Counted from the whole stretch's first letter, positions 28,105 to 41,600 are shown. The stretch is 43,603 nucleotides of DNA, filler included, from Catajapyx aquilonaris (GCA_000934665.2; 2 parts of 2 records of this genome joined end to end with filler, not necessarily neighbours in it); one strand, 5' to 3'. Notes: generated by a model from the sequence alone, not told the origin. A program made the numbers and translations.

Positions 28105-29515
28105 GTCTATAGCTAGCTACTTCCTCTAACTTCCTTGCCGCAAACAGCCTGGAAGCAATGCCTACAAGAAGAAAAAAACGTATCTTTTACGTACTACGGC
28201 TGATGAGGAAAACGAATTCAATTGTCTGGAAAGCAAGAGATAAGAGGCGGCAAATGTGCGCGTAAATTTCCGAGGGCACTTTTACCCACATTCAAACCTA
28301 AAATGCCTACTTTTACCTGCAACTTCAAATTTCCCGCGAAAATTCCGTATTTTGGGTAATTAATTTGATAAATTAGTCAACAATGGAACGAGCACATAAA
28401 TTCAAATGAAAATGTATAAAAATCGATTTCAGTCCGAAGAGTCCTGACCAATCACAACCGAGTCCCTCCCCGATCCGCCAGATGGCTCTTCAGGGGTGAA
28501 TGACCTCTGACGTCACGTACCCCTTTTCGTTCCATTTACTTCATATTGTCAGGAGCAGTGACTGGACATCCACGGAGTAAAGGCAAGATCTTGGTACAGG
28601 TAAGATAAATAAGGTGATGCACTTCCTCCTATTACGTTGGGGGAGGGCGGGGGGCAGTAATTATTGTGCAGTGAAGATTAATAACAGTGCAATGAAATGT
28701 GGAACTGGGAGGGCGTTAAATTGAGGAAGGGGGAGGAAATGACGAACATTTCGGCATTGTTGCAGGGTTTTTTTTTCACGTGAGTGATAACATTTGCGCC
28801 CTTGCCAAAACCAAAGATATTGTGAATTTCATGGTAGATAAGTGGTTCTGGGTATTACAAGTTATAGGCTACTTATTCTGCAGTAGCAGAGCCGCAGAGG
28901 AGCACGTACTTCGTACGGCCTGTTTCCATGGCAATGTGATCAACAACAATCAATCATTGTTGATGCAATGGAAACCTGTTGCCATGATAACCCATTGCTC
29001 GAGTAATAAGGAAACAAATATTGATTCACTTGCGGCACTTAGTTTTACCCAGCAGAACTCTTTGGGTATGATGCATGACAAACCCTCTTTTTATTACTTA
29101 ATGATGCATCTGAGGCACCAAGTGTACTGGGGAAAAAAATGTTTCTTCGAGTCACTATATCATTCCGCAAAATATGCGCACTTCTTCCATTTACACGGTG
29201 TATATTAATTAAATAATTTTCTTCCTGACCAATATGTGACCAAAATTAGCCACATCTACCATTACCAGAAAAAAAAAAACACTTATGGAAAATTCCTATT
29301 TGCTGCTGTGGCCATTTCAAATGCGAAAAATTTGCAAATTCTCAACGTCTGGCTCAGGTTTTCACTACTCAGAGAACTGATACTGTATTTAAAAACCATG
29401 TTTCACTTTTTCATCTAATTTTATCAGGAACAACTTTCAATAAAAATTATTCAGGGTTCAGGGCCACTGCAAAATCGATCCTGGAAGCCATCCTTTAAAT
29501 TTGTAGAGATCTGGA

Positions 29516-29517
<2 letters not shown>

Positions 29518-29574
<57 letters not shown>

Positions 29575-30004
29575 GAATAATAATAATAAGAATAATAATA
29601 ATAATAAGAATAAGAATAATAATAATAAGAATAATAATAATAATAATAATAAGAATAATAATAGGTTGGGTAATCCTTTCACCCATCAGGGTTTATCGCA
29701 TGGACCTTTATTATTAGCTGTCGGTGTATACATAGTACATGGTACAGTACCTATTTAGCGTATGGCCCGGGCCCACTGGCTGGATGACAGGAGGGGATGT
29801 GCAAGATGCAGTGCATCTGACGCAGTGGTCATTTTGTGAACTCCCCCGGGTAGTTTGTCTTAACGGAAATACCACCCAAGACGAAGCCAGAGACGGCCAC
29901 TCAACTCTGCACGAGATGAAGGGGGTGTCCCCGGCCTGGGATCGAACCCGGGAACTTAACATCCGTGGGCGCATGCGTTACCGCAGCACCACTCTGCCTC
30001 CCCC
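29518..30004 (-). mobile_element. tRNA-derived SINE with long (TAT/TCT)n tail
   Basis: On -: A-box-like TGGTGCTGCGG (~29981-29991), B box GGTTCGATCCC (~29938-29948), about 270-bp body, then the microsatellite 29518-29662 as 3' tail. Confidence 0.8.
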
Positions 30005-30118
30005 TGAGATTTGGAATTACTCACCAAACACCAAAGCATTCCACTGTGTATTCACCAACGGACAACGGTATCAGCCTAACCACCTGATTGAATCAACAAG
30101 CAGTACGTCTTCACAAAA

Positions 30119-30992
30119 TATGAGGCGCATCCAGAAAGTAGATTCTGTTTTTTATTAGAAAAACTACAATGCACCCCCAGTTGTATATTACATACAGTAC
30201 CTCTAAAAGTTTCAACTGTCTACTTTTTTTCAACATAGGTTCCAACCAAATTGAGGCATTTGTCATAGAGTTGCAGAAGATTTTGTATGCTTATGTAATA
30301 GAAGTTTGCCACCAGCCATTTCCCCACTGGACTGCAATTCCCCGTCATCATTAGACCTCTCGTTTGCATACCATTCTTCTTCATTCCCATGGACAGGTGC
30401 CAGGTGGTAATCCCTAGGATCTAAATCCTGGTTCTATAAGGAAGGTGATCGAACAATTTTCACTTGCATTGTTGCGGCAGGGTTTCAGTACGCATGGCAG
30501 TAGGTGGGCGGGCATTGTCGCGCAATAAAAATACTCGGAAACTCCACATGCCGCGACATTTTTTCAAACCAAAGCAAAGATTTATTGTGAGACATTACAG
30601 AAGTTAAGAATGGCCATTCAAAAGAAACGTAGCAGTATGTTGAGTTCTGGGGTATTTTTCTTGCACAATTCTCACCCACCTACTGCCTTGCGTACTGGAA
30701 CCCTGCTGCAACAATTCAAGTTAGAATTGTTCGATCTCCCTCCTTAGGACCAGGATTTACAGCCTAGCAACGGATGGACATGGGCATGAAAAATGGTATG
30801 CGAAGGAGAGATCTGATGATGACGAGGAGTTGCAGTCCAGCGGGGAAATGGTTGGTGGCAAACTTCTATGACATAGGCATACAAAATCTTCTCTATGACA
30901 AATGCCTCAATTTGGTTGGAACCAATGTTGAAAAAATGTAGACAGTTGACGATTTCAGAGGTATGCAATACAACTTCCGGGGGTGCATTGTA
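30119..30992. mobile_element. Foldback mariner derivative made of two inverted transposase 3' ends
   Basis: Arms ~30165-30510 and ~30675-30992 are inverted copies. Each encodes a decayed mariner C-terminus (FDHLPY.., D(D)EELQ, NFY..SIQNLLQLYDKCLNLVGTYVEK). Mariner-like terminus tatgaggcgcatccagaaag at 30119. Confidence 0.85.
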
Positions 30993-31291
30993 TGAGGTCT
31001 AGTTGGAAAAAAAGTTTTGCGATGCTACAGTTTCGACGCCATGCAACGGACAGGGTAAAGATGATCATGGGCAGATACGTTGTTCTTGCAGCTTATGCGC
31101 GGGCAACCGTTGGACAAGACCGAGTGGTGAGCTGAGCATTCCCACCCACATTCTGCCAGGAAAAGTCATGCCAGACAGACAGTGTTGGTCACATGGACTA
31201 AGAAAGAAGTTAGGACACTTGAGAACACTGTCTGTAATTGCCATGGCTGGTAGTTCGGGTGTCTGGTTGTCCTTTACACTTGTGAGCTTAT

Positions 31292-31605
31292 ATAAGCGAA
31301 GCAGTGGTAGCGGAGGGGATATGGTATCCGACTGCTAATAATCGGGAGGTCCTGGGTTCGAATCCCGGGGGCCGCCGAACCTGACCGTGGTTTTCTGTGG
31401 TTTCCCATGGTCTCACCAGGAAAATTCCGGGGTCGTGTCTGTAATTATAGGCCACAGCCGCTTCCTTCCGTCCCTATCCCATCCCCATATAAGAGAAGTA
31501 AAAACGAAAGTAAGAGTTCCAGATATTTAAAAAATGGTGGTATCCCACCCCCCTAAGAGGGCCCATGGCTCTAGCACGGGGTACAAATTATTATAATTAT
31601 AATTA
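31292..31605 (+). mobile_element. tRNA-derived SINE with 18-bp target-site duplication
   Basis: A-box-like TAGCGGAGGGG, B box GGTTCGAATCC 31355-31365, AT-rich tail. TSD ttacacttgtgagcttat at 31274-31291 and 31606-31623. Same family as 41275-41648. Confidence 0.9.
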
Positions 31606-31641
31606 TTACACTTGTGAGCTTATTCTGAAATTGCTGGCACC

Positions 31642-33281
31642 CAGTGGTGGGCAGGGTTCTGCTAACCGCTAAATAGCGAAGCTAACTTTTTGGTTAGCTG
31701 ATTAGCTTGTCCGCTAACTTTGTAAACCATTAGTGAACCAATTTGCTTCCGCTAAATGTAAGTCTACTAACAAAATTCATACATGTTCCTGTCTCGCTGT
31801 CTGTCATTTTCTGAGCATGGTTGCCACCTGGTCCGCTTGCCAGTTCAGATGGGTGCGAGCAGGCAGAGCACCTTAACCCAAACTAATTTCGGATGCTAGA
31901 CTGCTACTGCGACTCTGCCAGTGCATAGTGTCACTGAACCAGCCAAGAGAGCCACCCTCTCAGATGACAACTTTGAGAGGCTGTTTTTTTAAGGTCAACC
32001 GCCATCACTTCAACATGATGGGAGTCGGAGATGGTCCAGCCAAAGTGAATTACATTTTCCGATTGTAAAATGTACTACAGGGTGTCCACAACGAACCGCC
32101 CTATGTTCAAAGAACGTTAAAAAATAGAAATGCAGTTGTTTAAACTGTCTGGAGACTCCATAAGTTTCATTCTGAATTTTTGGAACAGTCTGTGCCAGGG
32201 GTGGGCAACATTTTTTCTCTGTGGGCCGCACAGAGATTTTAAATAATTTGACGAGCGGCATCTAACAAAAGAAATTTCAACTTATTAAAAAGTTTACAAT
32301 TATATATCCATTGTTTTACATGAACTTCCACTAATTGCATAAATTATCATTAAATTCTCTGAAAATCGATAAAATTAGCTAAATATATCAATGAAAATGG
32401 CCTGTATAAATTTTTTAAAAAAACAATGTGTTTGTGGATTTAAAGGAATTAAAAAGAAAGGCACAGACATAAAATTTTGCAATTTTCATTTTTCAACATT
32501 TTCAGGAATTCCGAAATTTTTGGGCAGGCCGCACAAATTGTCTTCGCGGGCCGGATCCGGCCTGCAGGATGCAAATATGGTGTCTACGTAGGAAATAATG
32601 CGTGTTGTGTTGTGGTTATTCAAGCTTAAGTCAATCACAGTAGTGCTGGGCATGCTGGACATTATTTTCTCCTTTCTACAACTCCAAGACAGAATATAAG
32701 GCCGATAGCCGAGAGAACTTCAAATAATTCTGTGTCCTCCATCATCCCTGCTGTGCTGGAGGGCACCTCGGGGGAGGGAGATTATCGTCTAAACATTGTG
32801 CTTGCCACTAAACGAGCACAAATGGAAGGCTACTGATTATTTTTTTTACATACACTTGATAAGTGACCCTTATCATTTGTACAATTTCGACATGATGGTC
32901 CAGTAACTTACGTAGTACTAGCAAGTTGAAACTAGGGAGGTTCACTGTGGACCCCTGGTACTTTTGTTACAATTAAACTTTTTTGCTTTTTGGATTTGTT
33001 TATTTATTACTTTTTGTACGAAACAGTCAATAACTAAATAAGGCGTAGGTCTATGTGTAGCAGTGCTCTCTAGGGTCTAGCACTCTAGGTCTATATATAT
33101 ATTTTTTTTAAAGTGGTAGAGCCAAAAAAAAAAGGAGGCTAAATTCATATAATAAAAGTTTGGGTCAGTTTCCACTAATATTTCTAGCTGTTTAGCATTA
33201 GCGATTTGGTGAAGTCGAGTTTTTGGTCAGTAGACTAGCTGTTAGCGAAGCTAAACTTTCGGTTAGCTATGGCCGCCACTG
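31642..33281 (+). mobile_element. hAT-derived non-autonomous element with nested insertions
   Basis: Termini cagtggtgggca / tggccgccactg, subterminal tagcgaagctaa repeats, and AKRATLSDDNFERLFF (~31942-31990), like the hAT C-terminal dimerisation motif. Contains a Tc1-type element (cagggtgtccac 32078 ... gtggacccctg 32957), which itself contains a caggggtgggcaac MITE fragment (32196-~32565). Confidence 0.7.
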
Positions 33282-33616
33282 CTAATGCCATATCGCCACG
33301 CCATTTGCTCAGATATGACATCTCCTGATCATACACTCCACTAGCCAGTGATGAATGTCATATCTCAAATGTCGACCACTGGCAGCAAACATCACCAGCG
33401 ACCAGCACCAAAATTCCGGAATGGTGGAGACTCTTTAATTAAACTACCATATCGTAGGAGTAACAGGGGTCTGGGGTGCCCAATTATTCCCAGGTGTAGT
33501 CGAATATAGCAGCTGTTATGTAATTGGGCACCTTCCGGAACAAAAAGCTAGGCAAAAATAACAATGTAGGGCATTTGCGATAACCAAAAGGACCCAAATA
33601 CTTGGAACACATTGTA

Positions 33617-33864
33617 TACAGGATGTTCCAAGTTAGTGGGTCTTTTTAGTTATCACTAATATTGCCTGATGTAGTTATTTTTGTGTAGTGTAGCTTGTTG
33701 CCCTCCACCCCCTCCCCGATGCAGGTGCTCCACTACTCCCAGGTGGTCGAATGTAGACTCTGTTATGGCACCTGGTTAGAGGTGCAACAAGCAAAAAAAG
33801 ATAACAGCTTCAAGCAATATTTCCTATATAACTAAAAATGACCCACAAACTTGAACACCCTGTA
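33617..33864. mobile_element. Tc1/mariner-type MITE, abutting a partial related copy to its left
   Basis: TA-caggatgttccaagttagtgggtc ... gacccacaaacttgaacaccctg-TA. Sequence 33470-33616 repeats the right half, giving a palindrome centred on tgtataca 33613-33620. Confidence 0.8.
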
Positions 33865-33991
33865 TTTTGACTCCCCAACTTCTCTTTATATTATGCTCAT
33901 GATTCTGAAAATTGTAGAGATTTGTTTTTAAAAGGGCAAAAGGTGGGTGCAGCTCTTTTTGCAAGTTATACTACATTCAAACACACATACA

Positions 33992-34184
33992 CAGTGCCGG
34001 ATTTACCCCCCCGGCAACCCTTAGGCACTTGAGATACGCCCCCCTGCATGACGCTTAAAATTCAAATTTTTAATTGTATTCTCTCCTTCATTTCCTATTA
34101 TTGTCTTTGAGAAATATTATTTATTGCAACTCGCAGCCGCCCCTAGGCCAGTGCCTACTGTGCCTAATGGGAAATCCGGCGCTG
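33992..34184. mobile_element. hAT-type MITE
   Basis: TIRs cagtgccggattt / aaatccggcgctg; flanks cacataca / agcataca (imperfect 8-bp TSD). Confidence 0.8.
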
Positions 34185-34195
34185 AGCATACATAA

Positions 34196-35442
34196 TATGA
34201 GGGCGAATCAAATTAAACCTCTTCTTGGCCTAGAGAGGATACTGCTGAAGGCAGAGACTTGAAACTTCCACCATAGCAAGGTAGTACCAATACCTACTAA
34301 AAGCATAGGTCTTGGTCTGTGCATGCATACCGCACAATCCGTCGCACCCTATCCAAGATGGCATGCATCCTGTTGAGCGTGCCCAAGCATGATCAGTGCA
34401 TTGTTGTTCAATTTCTGATGGCCGAGGACAAATAGACCCATGGAAATCCACTGGAGGATGCTTACGGTGTATGGTGCCGGATGCGTGGCAAAGGCAATGG
34501 TCATGGAGTGGTGCTGGTAATTCTGAGACGAGACAATCCACAGCCGACCATCCCGACCAGGCCAGGCTCGGGTCGCAATCACACCTGCCATTATTGCACC
34601 AGCTGATAAGGGATGATCGTGGGTGAATAATTAGTTTTAGTTTTAGTTTAGTTTATTTGTCCCTGATAGGCTTCACGCCTTTACATGGGGAGGTCCCCTA
34701 AATGTTTACATTGATTGGACTCCATCACTTATTTACCTTACATGTGATATTATGATGTGCAATTGTAGTATGATTTACAGATTTATTGCATAAACATCAG
34801 ATGGATACTAAGTGGGGGGCGGGTCAACAGGTTTGTTATTAATTTTAGTGTGTAACGTTGCACTTTGAAGGGGCAATTGTGTAATAGGTGGTGCAGATTG
34901 AATTCTTCATTTCAGTTACATAATGAACAGTAATCATCCTTGGACCATTGGAGCTTGTATCCATTATAATGGGTGGGTGAATAATTATCTTACTTGGGAC
35001 ACAATTATAGTCAGCCTTAGTTATGCTACAGTGTTCACATTGCCCATTACCACCTGAAGTACAGCAAGATTAGAATACAGTGGGCACCCAACGCTCCTGA
35101 CTGTGGAGCAGAAGGAGCTGTGCATGGGATTGTCACCATAACTTCTTCAATGCCCTCCATTATGTTGACTTTGCCAGGCAGCTGGAACCGTACACCATAA
35201 GCATGTGGTTCTATTGCCCTAGGTCCCAGGACATCAGAAATCGAATAACAATGTGCTGATCCCGCTTGGGCATACTTGACATGGCCATCTTGGATTGGCT
35301 GCAGCAGATTGAATGGTATGCATGTGCAGACTCTTGCCTATGCATTTAGGTTTTAGGAGGTATTGGTACTATCTTGCTGTGGTGGAAGTTTCAGCAGTTT
35401 CCTCCCCAGACGCCACGAACGGGTTTCATTTGATTCACCCTA
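34196..35442. mobile_element. Foldback mariner derivative made of two inverted transposase 5' ends
   Basis: Termini tatgagggcgaatcaaattaaacc / ggtttcatttgattcacccta. Arms ~34200-34420 and ~35230-35440 are inverted copies. Decayed N-terminal HTH DQCIVVQFLMAE / EIHWRMLTVYGAGCVAKAMVMEWCW*F at ~34390-34525. Confidence 0.8.
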
Positions 35443-35971
35443 ACACATACATTCATCACGGTATTGTCCCATGATAGGGTAGGCAGCAATGGCCAGGTCA
35501 CACGACCTAGCCACCTCAATTGACCAATACATGAGAATCCTCTGCTGACTGGTCAGGCACAAGCAGAAGATATTATGAGTTTAGTGATGATGAAATCTAT
35601 GACATGAACAATGCAACATGATACACTACACACATGTACAAGTTGTACTATACAATAAAAAGGTTAAAATGTTACTGTGATTGGTACTGGTTGTATACAC
35701 AAGTGATGCGACATACTAAATAGCATCCCATCTCTTTTTAAAAGGCTGCTATTGCTAGAATAAGAATTTCCCAGCTACATGTAAAGGTCATACCTAATTT
35801 GAGTCTAATGATGGTGCTTGGAGGGAGCAAGAATGGTGGGATACATCAAGACAATCATTTGTCCAGTGAATGTAGTTGAGATCAATGTCAAACACGCAAC
35901 CCACCCTTACATTACAAGTATGTGTGACTTTAAAAAACTGTTTTCAGAGTTCTGCCAAGTTCCACTTAACC

Positions 35972-36174
35972 CAGTGGTTTCCAACCCGTCACCAACTGCG
36001 ACCCCCTAAACATGTTTACATAAATGTGCCGCCCCCGGCTCCTCCTACAACTGCCCCCTTTCCAGAAAACATACACTCAGTACGGCCGCAAAAATGGTTC
36101 AATTGACACAGTAATTGCAAAAAAACAAGTCGAACCAAAGCTCGCGACCCCCTGGCCCCAGTTGGAAACCACTG
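35972..36174. mobile_element. hAT-type MITE with perfect 8-bp TSD
   Basis: TIRs cagtggtttccaac / gttggaaaccactg; TSD acttaacc at 35964-35971 and 36175-36182. Confidence 0.92.
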
Positions 36175-36176
36175 AC

Positions 36177-36538
36177 TTAACCCCTTCAGCCATAGTCACC
36201 TACATGAGTAGGGGATGAGAACTCAATTGGTGGAATTTTCGTTGTACTACTAGTTACCTCGCTACCATTACTTCTAACTTAGCAGTACCAGTGTAGTGCA
36301 ATGGTACTGCTAAGTTAGCAGTAACTAGTCGTACAACAAAAATTCCACCCAATGGCAGAGTATATTGCCATAATTCCATTGGCAATAGGCTCACATAGGC
36401 TGGCGGGGAAAACACGCAGGGATATTGCTCTTGGCAAAACTGGACCATCTGGACCACTACAGTACAGTGGGGCAAAAAAAACATAGCTGGTATAGAGAGG
36501 ATGTTGGGTAAAAAGAGTCCTGGGGACGAAGGGGTTAA
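36177..36538. mobile_element. piggyBac-type MITE (TTAA-CCCCTTC...GAAGGGG-TTAA) with internal hairpin
   Basis: TTAA at 36177-36180 and 36535-36538; internal long imperfect palindrome ~36225-36355. Confidence 0.7.
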
Positions 36539-38627
36539 GTGTTCATGCAAGATATGGAAACCCAAGGATGTTGGTGTAAGCTTTTCCTGGCAGTGTTACA
36601 TCCCACAGGTGCAACATCATACCAACACGAAAACAGGCGACTTGTAGCCTAACTGGGAGCAAAGATGTTCAAAGTACTGTTAACTAATATCTGGCTTCAG
36701 ACTCAGTCCTTTGAAAATATTCACATTCTTTCTGCACAATGCTGCACACCTAGAGCAAAGTTTGGCAAGCTTGACACTTCCTGCTCTGCTCTAGGAACAC
36801 AATAATAAATGCTACCGGTACCACAATTCACAAGTTTTTGGGGGTTTTGGGGGCTGTTACAAGGAGGGGTTACCCACTGTTCCAGTACATGTCGATTCCA
36901 GTAGCATACATGGTCCCAGTCCCGTCAGGTGTACACTTTCATTGCTAGTGAGTGACCCTTCGAATCTTACTTGTCTGAGCATGTGCTTAGGCCTTCACAT
37001 TCCATACCGTTTCATACCTACGCTGCCACTGGTACTGATCCTTCCGGAGCAGCCTTCGGGCGTTGAGATGCTCGCAGATACCCTCCTCTCTGGTACCCGG
37101 AACTGAGGATCCGCTCAAGTCCAAGCACTCGTAGAAAATATCGTGATGACCTTGTGATGACCACACTTAATGAAAGGACAAGTGAAGACTGTCCCCATCG
37201 TGTGGGCATGTGGCATGTGCAATTGTGCATCGTGGGCAATGGGCATGTGCCTAGTGCCGGCAACACCCAAAGAAGCAGAGCTGCTTTCTTAACAATGCAC
37301 CACATTAGCTATAATCAATTTATTTATATATTAAATATTAGACACGGCTGCACAGTCCCAATGTGCCTAGATTTTATAAATTAGGCATAAATCTCAGATT
37401 GGTTTAAATTTCAATAATTTGGAGAATCATAACTAAAAAAAGGAGTTGAATGATATAACTGCTAAAGCTGCTCCTAATAACTCCCAAGCTCACGAGACGA
37501 GTATTATATTAGGAGCGGTAGTAGTGCGCTCTAGTGGGATAAAGCCAGATTTTGGTCGTTTTGCCGCGAAATAGGAGCGAACTATCAAAATGACTTGCAA
37601 AAGGCTCAACTCTCCGTGAGAAAGTGCTGACGCAATTTATTTGCTTCAGTTTACTCTAATAAGCTGGTACGTCCCCCCCCCCCCACACAAAAAAAACAGT
37701 AATAACAAGTCACTGCTTCCTTCGTACATGAGAACAAGACTGTGGCATCCTATTTGTATTAGGTGAAAGATGTTCAGAAATTGCCCCCCTTTGGTCTTAT
37801 TGACAATAAGTTGTCCCAAACAAAAGTGCCTTCATGCTTATTGCAAAGATGATGCCAGGTAATAATTCATTCAATGTTAGACCAAACTGACACATTTTTC
37901 ACATTTGAAAAGCATATTTTCTGAAAGAGTATACTGTATAGGTCTGTAGTAGTTTCTAGAATATCGCGGTTTCATTTATAACATGAACTCAATATCCCTT
38001 TCCTTGCACTCCAGTTGCCACACTTAATTTTATATCAACAGTCATATTCATTTCGAATCAACTCCATCTGAGGTTGTACAAATATCACAAGTGAAGATCC
38101 TGGAAAATAAAGAATTGCACATAGAGGGGCTAAAATTACAGTGCACCAAGCAAAATAAAGCTGAAGCAGCAAAAAAATACAGTATTTCAGGTAAATAAGC
38201 TATGCCAGAGGTATATCATGAATTATTTGATTCTCCCAATGAAAATACTGATAGTAGTGATAGATATGCTGATTCATGCCAATTGATAATGATTGCATTG
38301 CATTATGACTCAAAATATGACCCTTGTTGCTGCCAGTTACTATGATTTAGCAGTTGGACTGGCCGGACTGTCTGTAAATATATATTGTCTGTGTGGAAAA
38401 CGACACCTACATAATACTATAGGCCTACACTGTATATGTCATGTTCGTTCATATTGATTGAAAGGATGCCTTCAGCTCAGGAAGTAAATCTAATAAGTTA
38501 CCCGCGCGTTGTAGGCATAGCATATTCTTCATACACGTCAATTTTAATAGTAGGCTATACTGTAGCCTACTTGGAAACTGGAAATAACACAATAATGACA
38601 TTTCAAATTCCCACATATCCCCAGAAG

Positions 38628-41600
38628 ATGGCCACTCGCAGCAGTAACATGACCACCATTGTACAGCCTGAGGACGATGAAGTGCAAATAATTGCGGAAA
38701 TAAGGTGAGACAGAGCACTGGGAGCAAGACTGGGAGTCGGTTGGGACTTGGGAGTGATCAAAGCAGGCCCGTAATTAGACGGATAGGCTGATGAGAGTTG
38801 AGAAGGGCACTCGAAAATAATTAAAGTCTGACAAAAATGTAGGCCTAGCATTTTATTTCGATATACACTATGTACGCTTCAAGGATAGTAGACAACCACA
38901 ATGCATTTTTAATATGAAACTGTGACTAAAATATGGGAGGGGGGACCTGTGCGAAGAAGAGTGATCACGTGGTTTCGTTCAGTGCCCCCTATCCCCCTGT
39001 GGCTCTGTGGGATCTCAGTGATCCTCAAATAATAAATTATTGTATTTGTTGATTAGGGCCTACTATAAGATATGGGTGACTGAATGTCCTAAAATAGGCT
39101 CTCTCCACTCTCCACAGTAGCTTTTCATAAATAATTAATTCAAGTTCAAAAAAGAATTTTACAAAGTTGCCTGCCTCGAGTGAAAAATTATTTTATATGC
39201 TATTCCAATATTTACTCTTCCTCATATTTTATAGGCCTACTCCACTACTTCTTACTAACTCGGGCTACGCCTGACCTGCATGTACTGTACTGATAGAATG
39301 TTCCATTTTTAGGCTAGAGAAATTGGCCGTCATCGAGGAGGCGATTAGGAGAGAGGAGGAGATGATGGAAGATCTGGCGGCCGACCATCAGATGACAACG
39401 TACCTCGAAGAACCTATCACGTGAGGCATAGCGTTGGTAGTGGTCAAAACACGTTACTGATTCAGGGCCGTAATTCACTGGGCAACACACAAAAAGGCTT
39501 TGAAACGAAAATAGCTAATCTTTACTAATTTCGAGGTGCTGAACAGTTGAACACTAAAATGACAATAAAATTATTTTGTCGATTGGCTTAGGAGAGACAG
39601 AGATGATCATGACGTATGGCGATACATATGACGTATATAGGAACCTCGCGAATTTCTATGCGAAGTTCATGTTCAAATAGTGTTTTTCGGGTTCTTTATT
39701 AACGTATAGGAAGAAAACACCTTTCCAGAAAAAAAAACTTGATCTTAAGCGTTTTTGAAATACGGCTGTCAAAAGGTCAAAAATTGATCTATCATGCAAT
39801 TCTCTGAGGAAGCTATATACAGTATTCATCGCTATATACAGTATTATAACATTAATGATATCGGAGAGGTTTTTGGTACATAGAAGTTTCTTGGGGTGGG
39901 GAATACAATGGTAAAGCTGGAAGGTGATGTGGGGGGCGGGACGTCAAAAATGAGTTTAAAAAACAGTATTTTCTAGTGAATGAAAACAAAATGAGTTGTA
40001 GAAGTGACTTAGACACCTAAGGTGGGCAATTTTTATTAACTCACATGTAAATAGGAATTGCCAGTTGATTATTCCCACATTAGAGCGATTGTCTTTACAT
40101 TGACCTATATAGGCTACTCATTTTTTCCCCTCTACACCCTTGCTCTATACACATTGTCAGGGATGAAGCCATTACTGTGCAGATCTCATTCTAGTTAGTT
40201 TTATTTTTAGGAGTTGTCGTCCATTACGTCTTGTTCAGCTTGTGCTTACGAAATGGCCTCCCCTCCGAAATTATTCTGCCTACGTCCCTGTACAGGACAT
40301 CATAAAGGGCGAAAATGTCTTAATATGCCCTGTCTTGATAGGCCCTTCTACCCTTGCTGCACATGTTTATATTTTCGGATGTGAACCCTGTGGTACCATA
40401 TAAAATCTATATATCCCTCCCCCCCCCCNGGGGGGGGGGTCCGGACTTTCAATGGCCCAGGAAAGGTAAATACTGGACCTTGTCAGAAACTTAGTTGAAT
40501 TCCCCAGGCCCATACTCTTCCGCATATTTTATATGACTACTGTACTACTACTCTTACTAGCGCGGGCTACGCCTGACCTGGCTGTACTGATAGAAGGTTC
40601 CATTTTTAGAGCAGAGGAGGACCCCCTAACCGCGGAGTCCATGGAGCTGACGATCGGGCAGATTGATTGGAGGGATACTGCCAATTTGACCTGCCTGATG
40701 GTCGAGAGTGTCATCCCCTCTGAGCCGGCAGCGGACCTTCATAGCAACCAGGAAGTGGACATCATAGCCGAGTACACGTGAGGCATAGCGTTGGTCATGG
40801 CGTTAGCAGTTATTAGCTCTTGGTAGTGGTCAAAGCACGTTACTGATTCAGGGCCGAATTTCCCTGCATGGGCAGCACACAAAAAGGCTTTGAAACGAAG
40901 ATAGCTAATCTTTACTAATTTCGAAGTGCTGAACACGAAAATGAGCAACAATAAAATTTGTCGATTGACTCTAGTTAGGAGAGACAGAGATGATCATGAC
41001 GTATCGTCATGTAGGGAACCTCGCGAATTTCTAAGCGAAGTTCATGTTCAAATCGTGTTTTGCGGGTTCTTTATCTGCTAGGAAGAAAACACCTTTCCAG
41101 AAAAACCCTTCATCTTAAGAGTTTTTGAAGTACGGGTGTCCAAAGGTCAAAAATTGATCTATTATGCAATTTCTCTGAGGAAGCTATACTGTATACATCT
41201 CTATAACTTATTTTTTAAATAATTGGGTGATAGGCGATACCCTTACGGGTTTTCTGCCAGACCTTTATTGAAACCTTTATTTTTATTATTATTATTATTG
41301 TACAGTAGTTGGTGCAGGGACAGGGTAGGGAAGGAGGGAGGGACACTGGTGCATGTGCAATGTCTCAAGTTGGGGGTCGTGTGCAGTCCCTCAGGGGGTC
41401 CGTTCGCCATAGATGGCCCCCTAGATGCGGGTCAGAAACCCCCGACTGACCCGCATCTCCTCCAGGACAGGGAGAGGAGGGAAGCGGCTGTGGCCTATAT
41501 TATGGTACGATCCCGGAAATTATTCCTGGAGCGACCTTGGAAAACCACAGAAAACCAACCAAGGTCAGGATCGCCGGCCTCCGGGGTTCGAACCCAGGAC

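Noticed and set aside
36590..37310. Minus-strand fragments (IVKKAALL, KCGHHK, MECEGL) faintly like Mutator-related transposases
   Set aside because: Motifs are weak and interrupted by stops; not supportable by eye.
40658..40674. 17-nt exact match (gcagattgattggaggg, IDWR) between exon 3 of the repeat-exon gene and the C1/C2 exon-4 start
   Set aside because: No similarity extends on either side. A single 17-mer match in a 43-kb self-comparison is plausible by chance.
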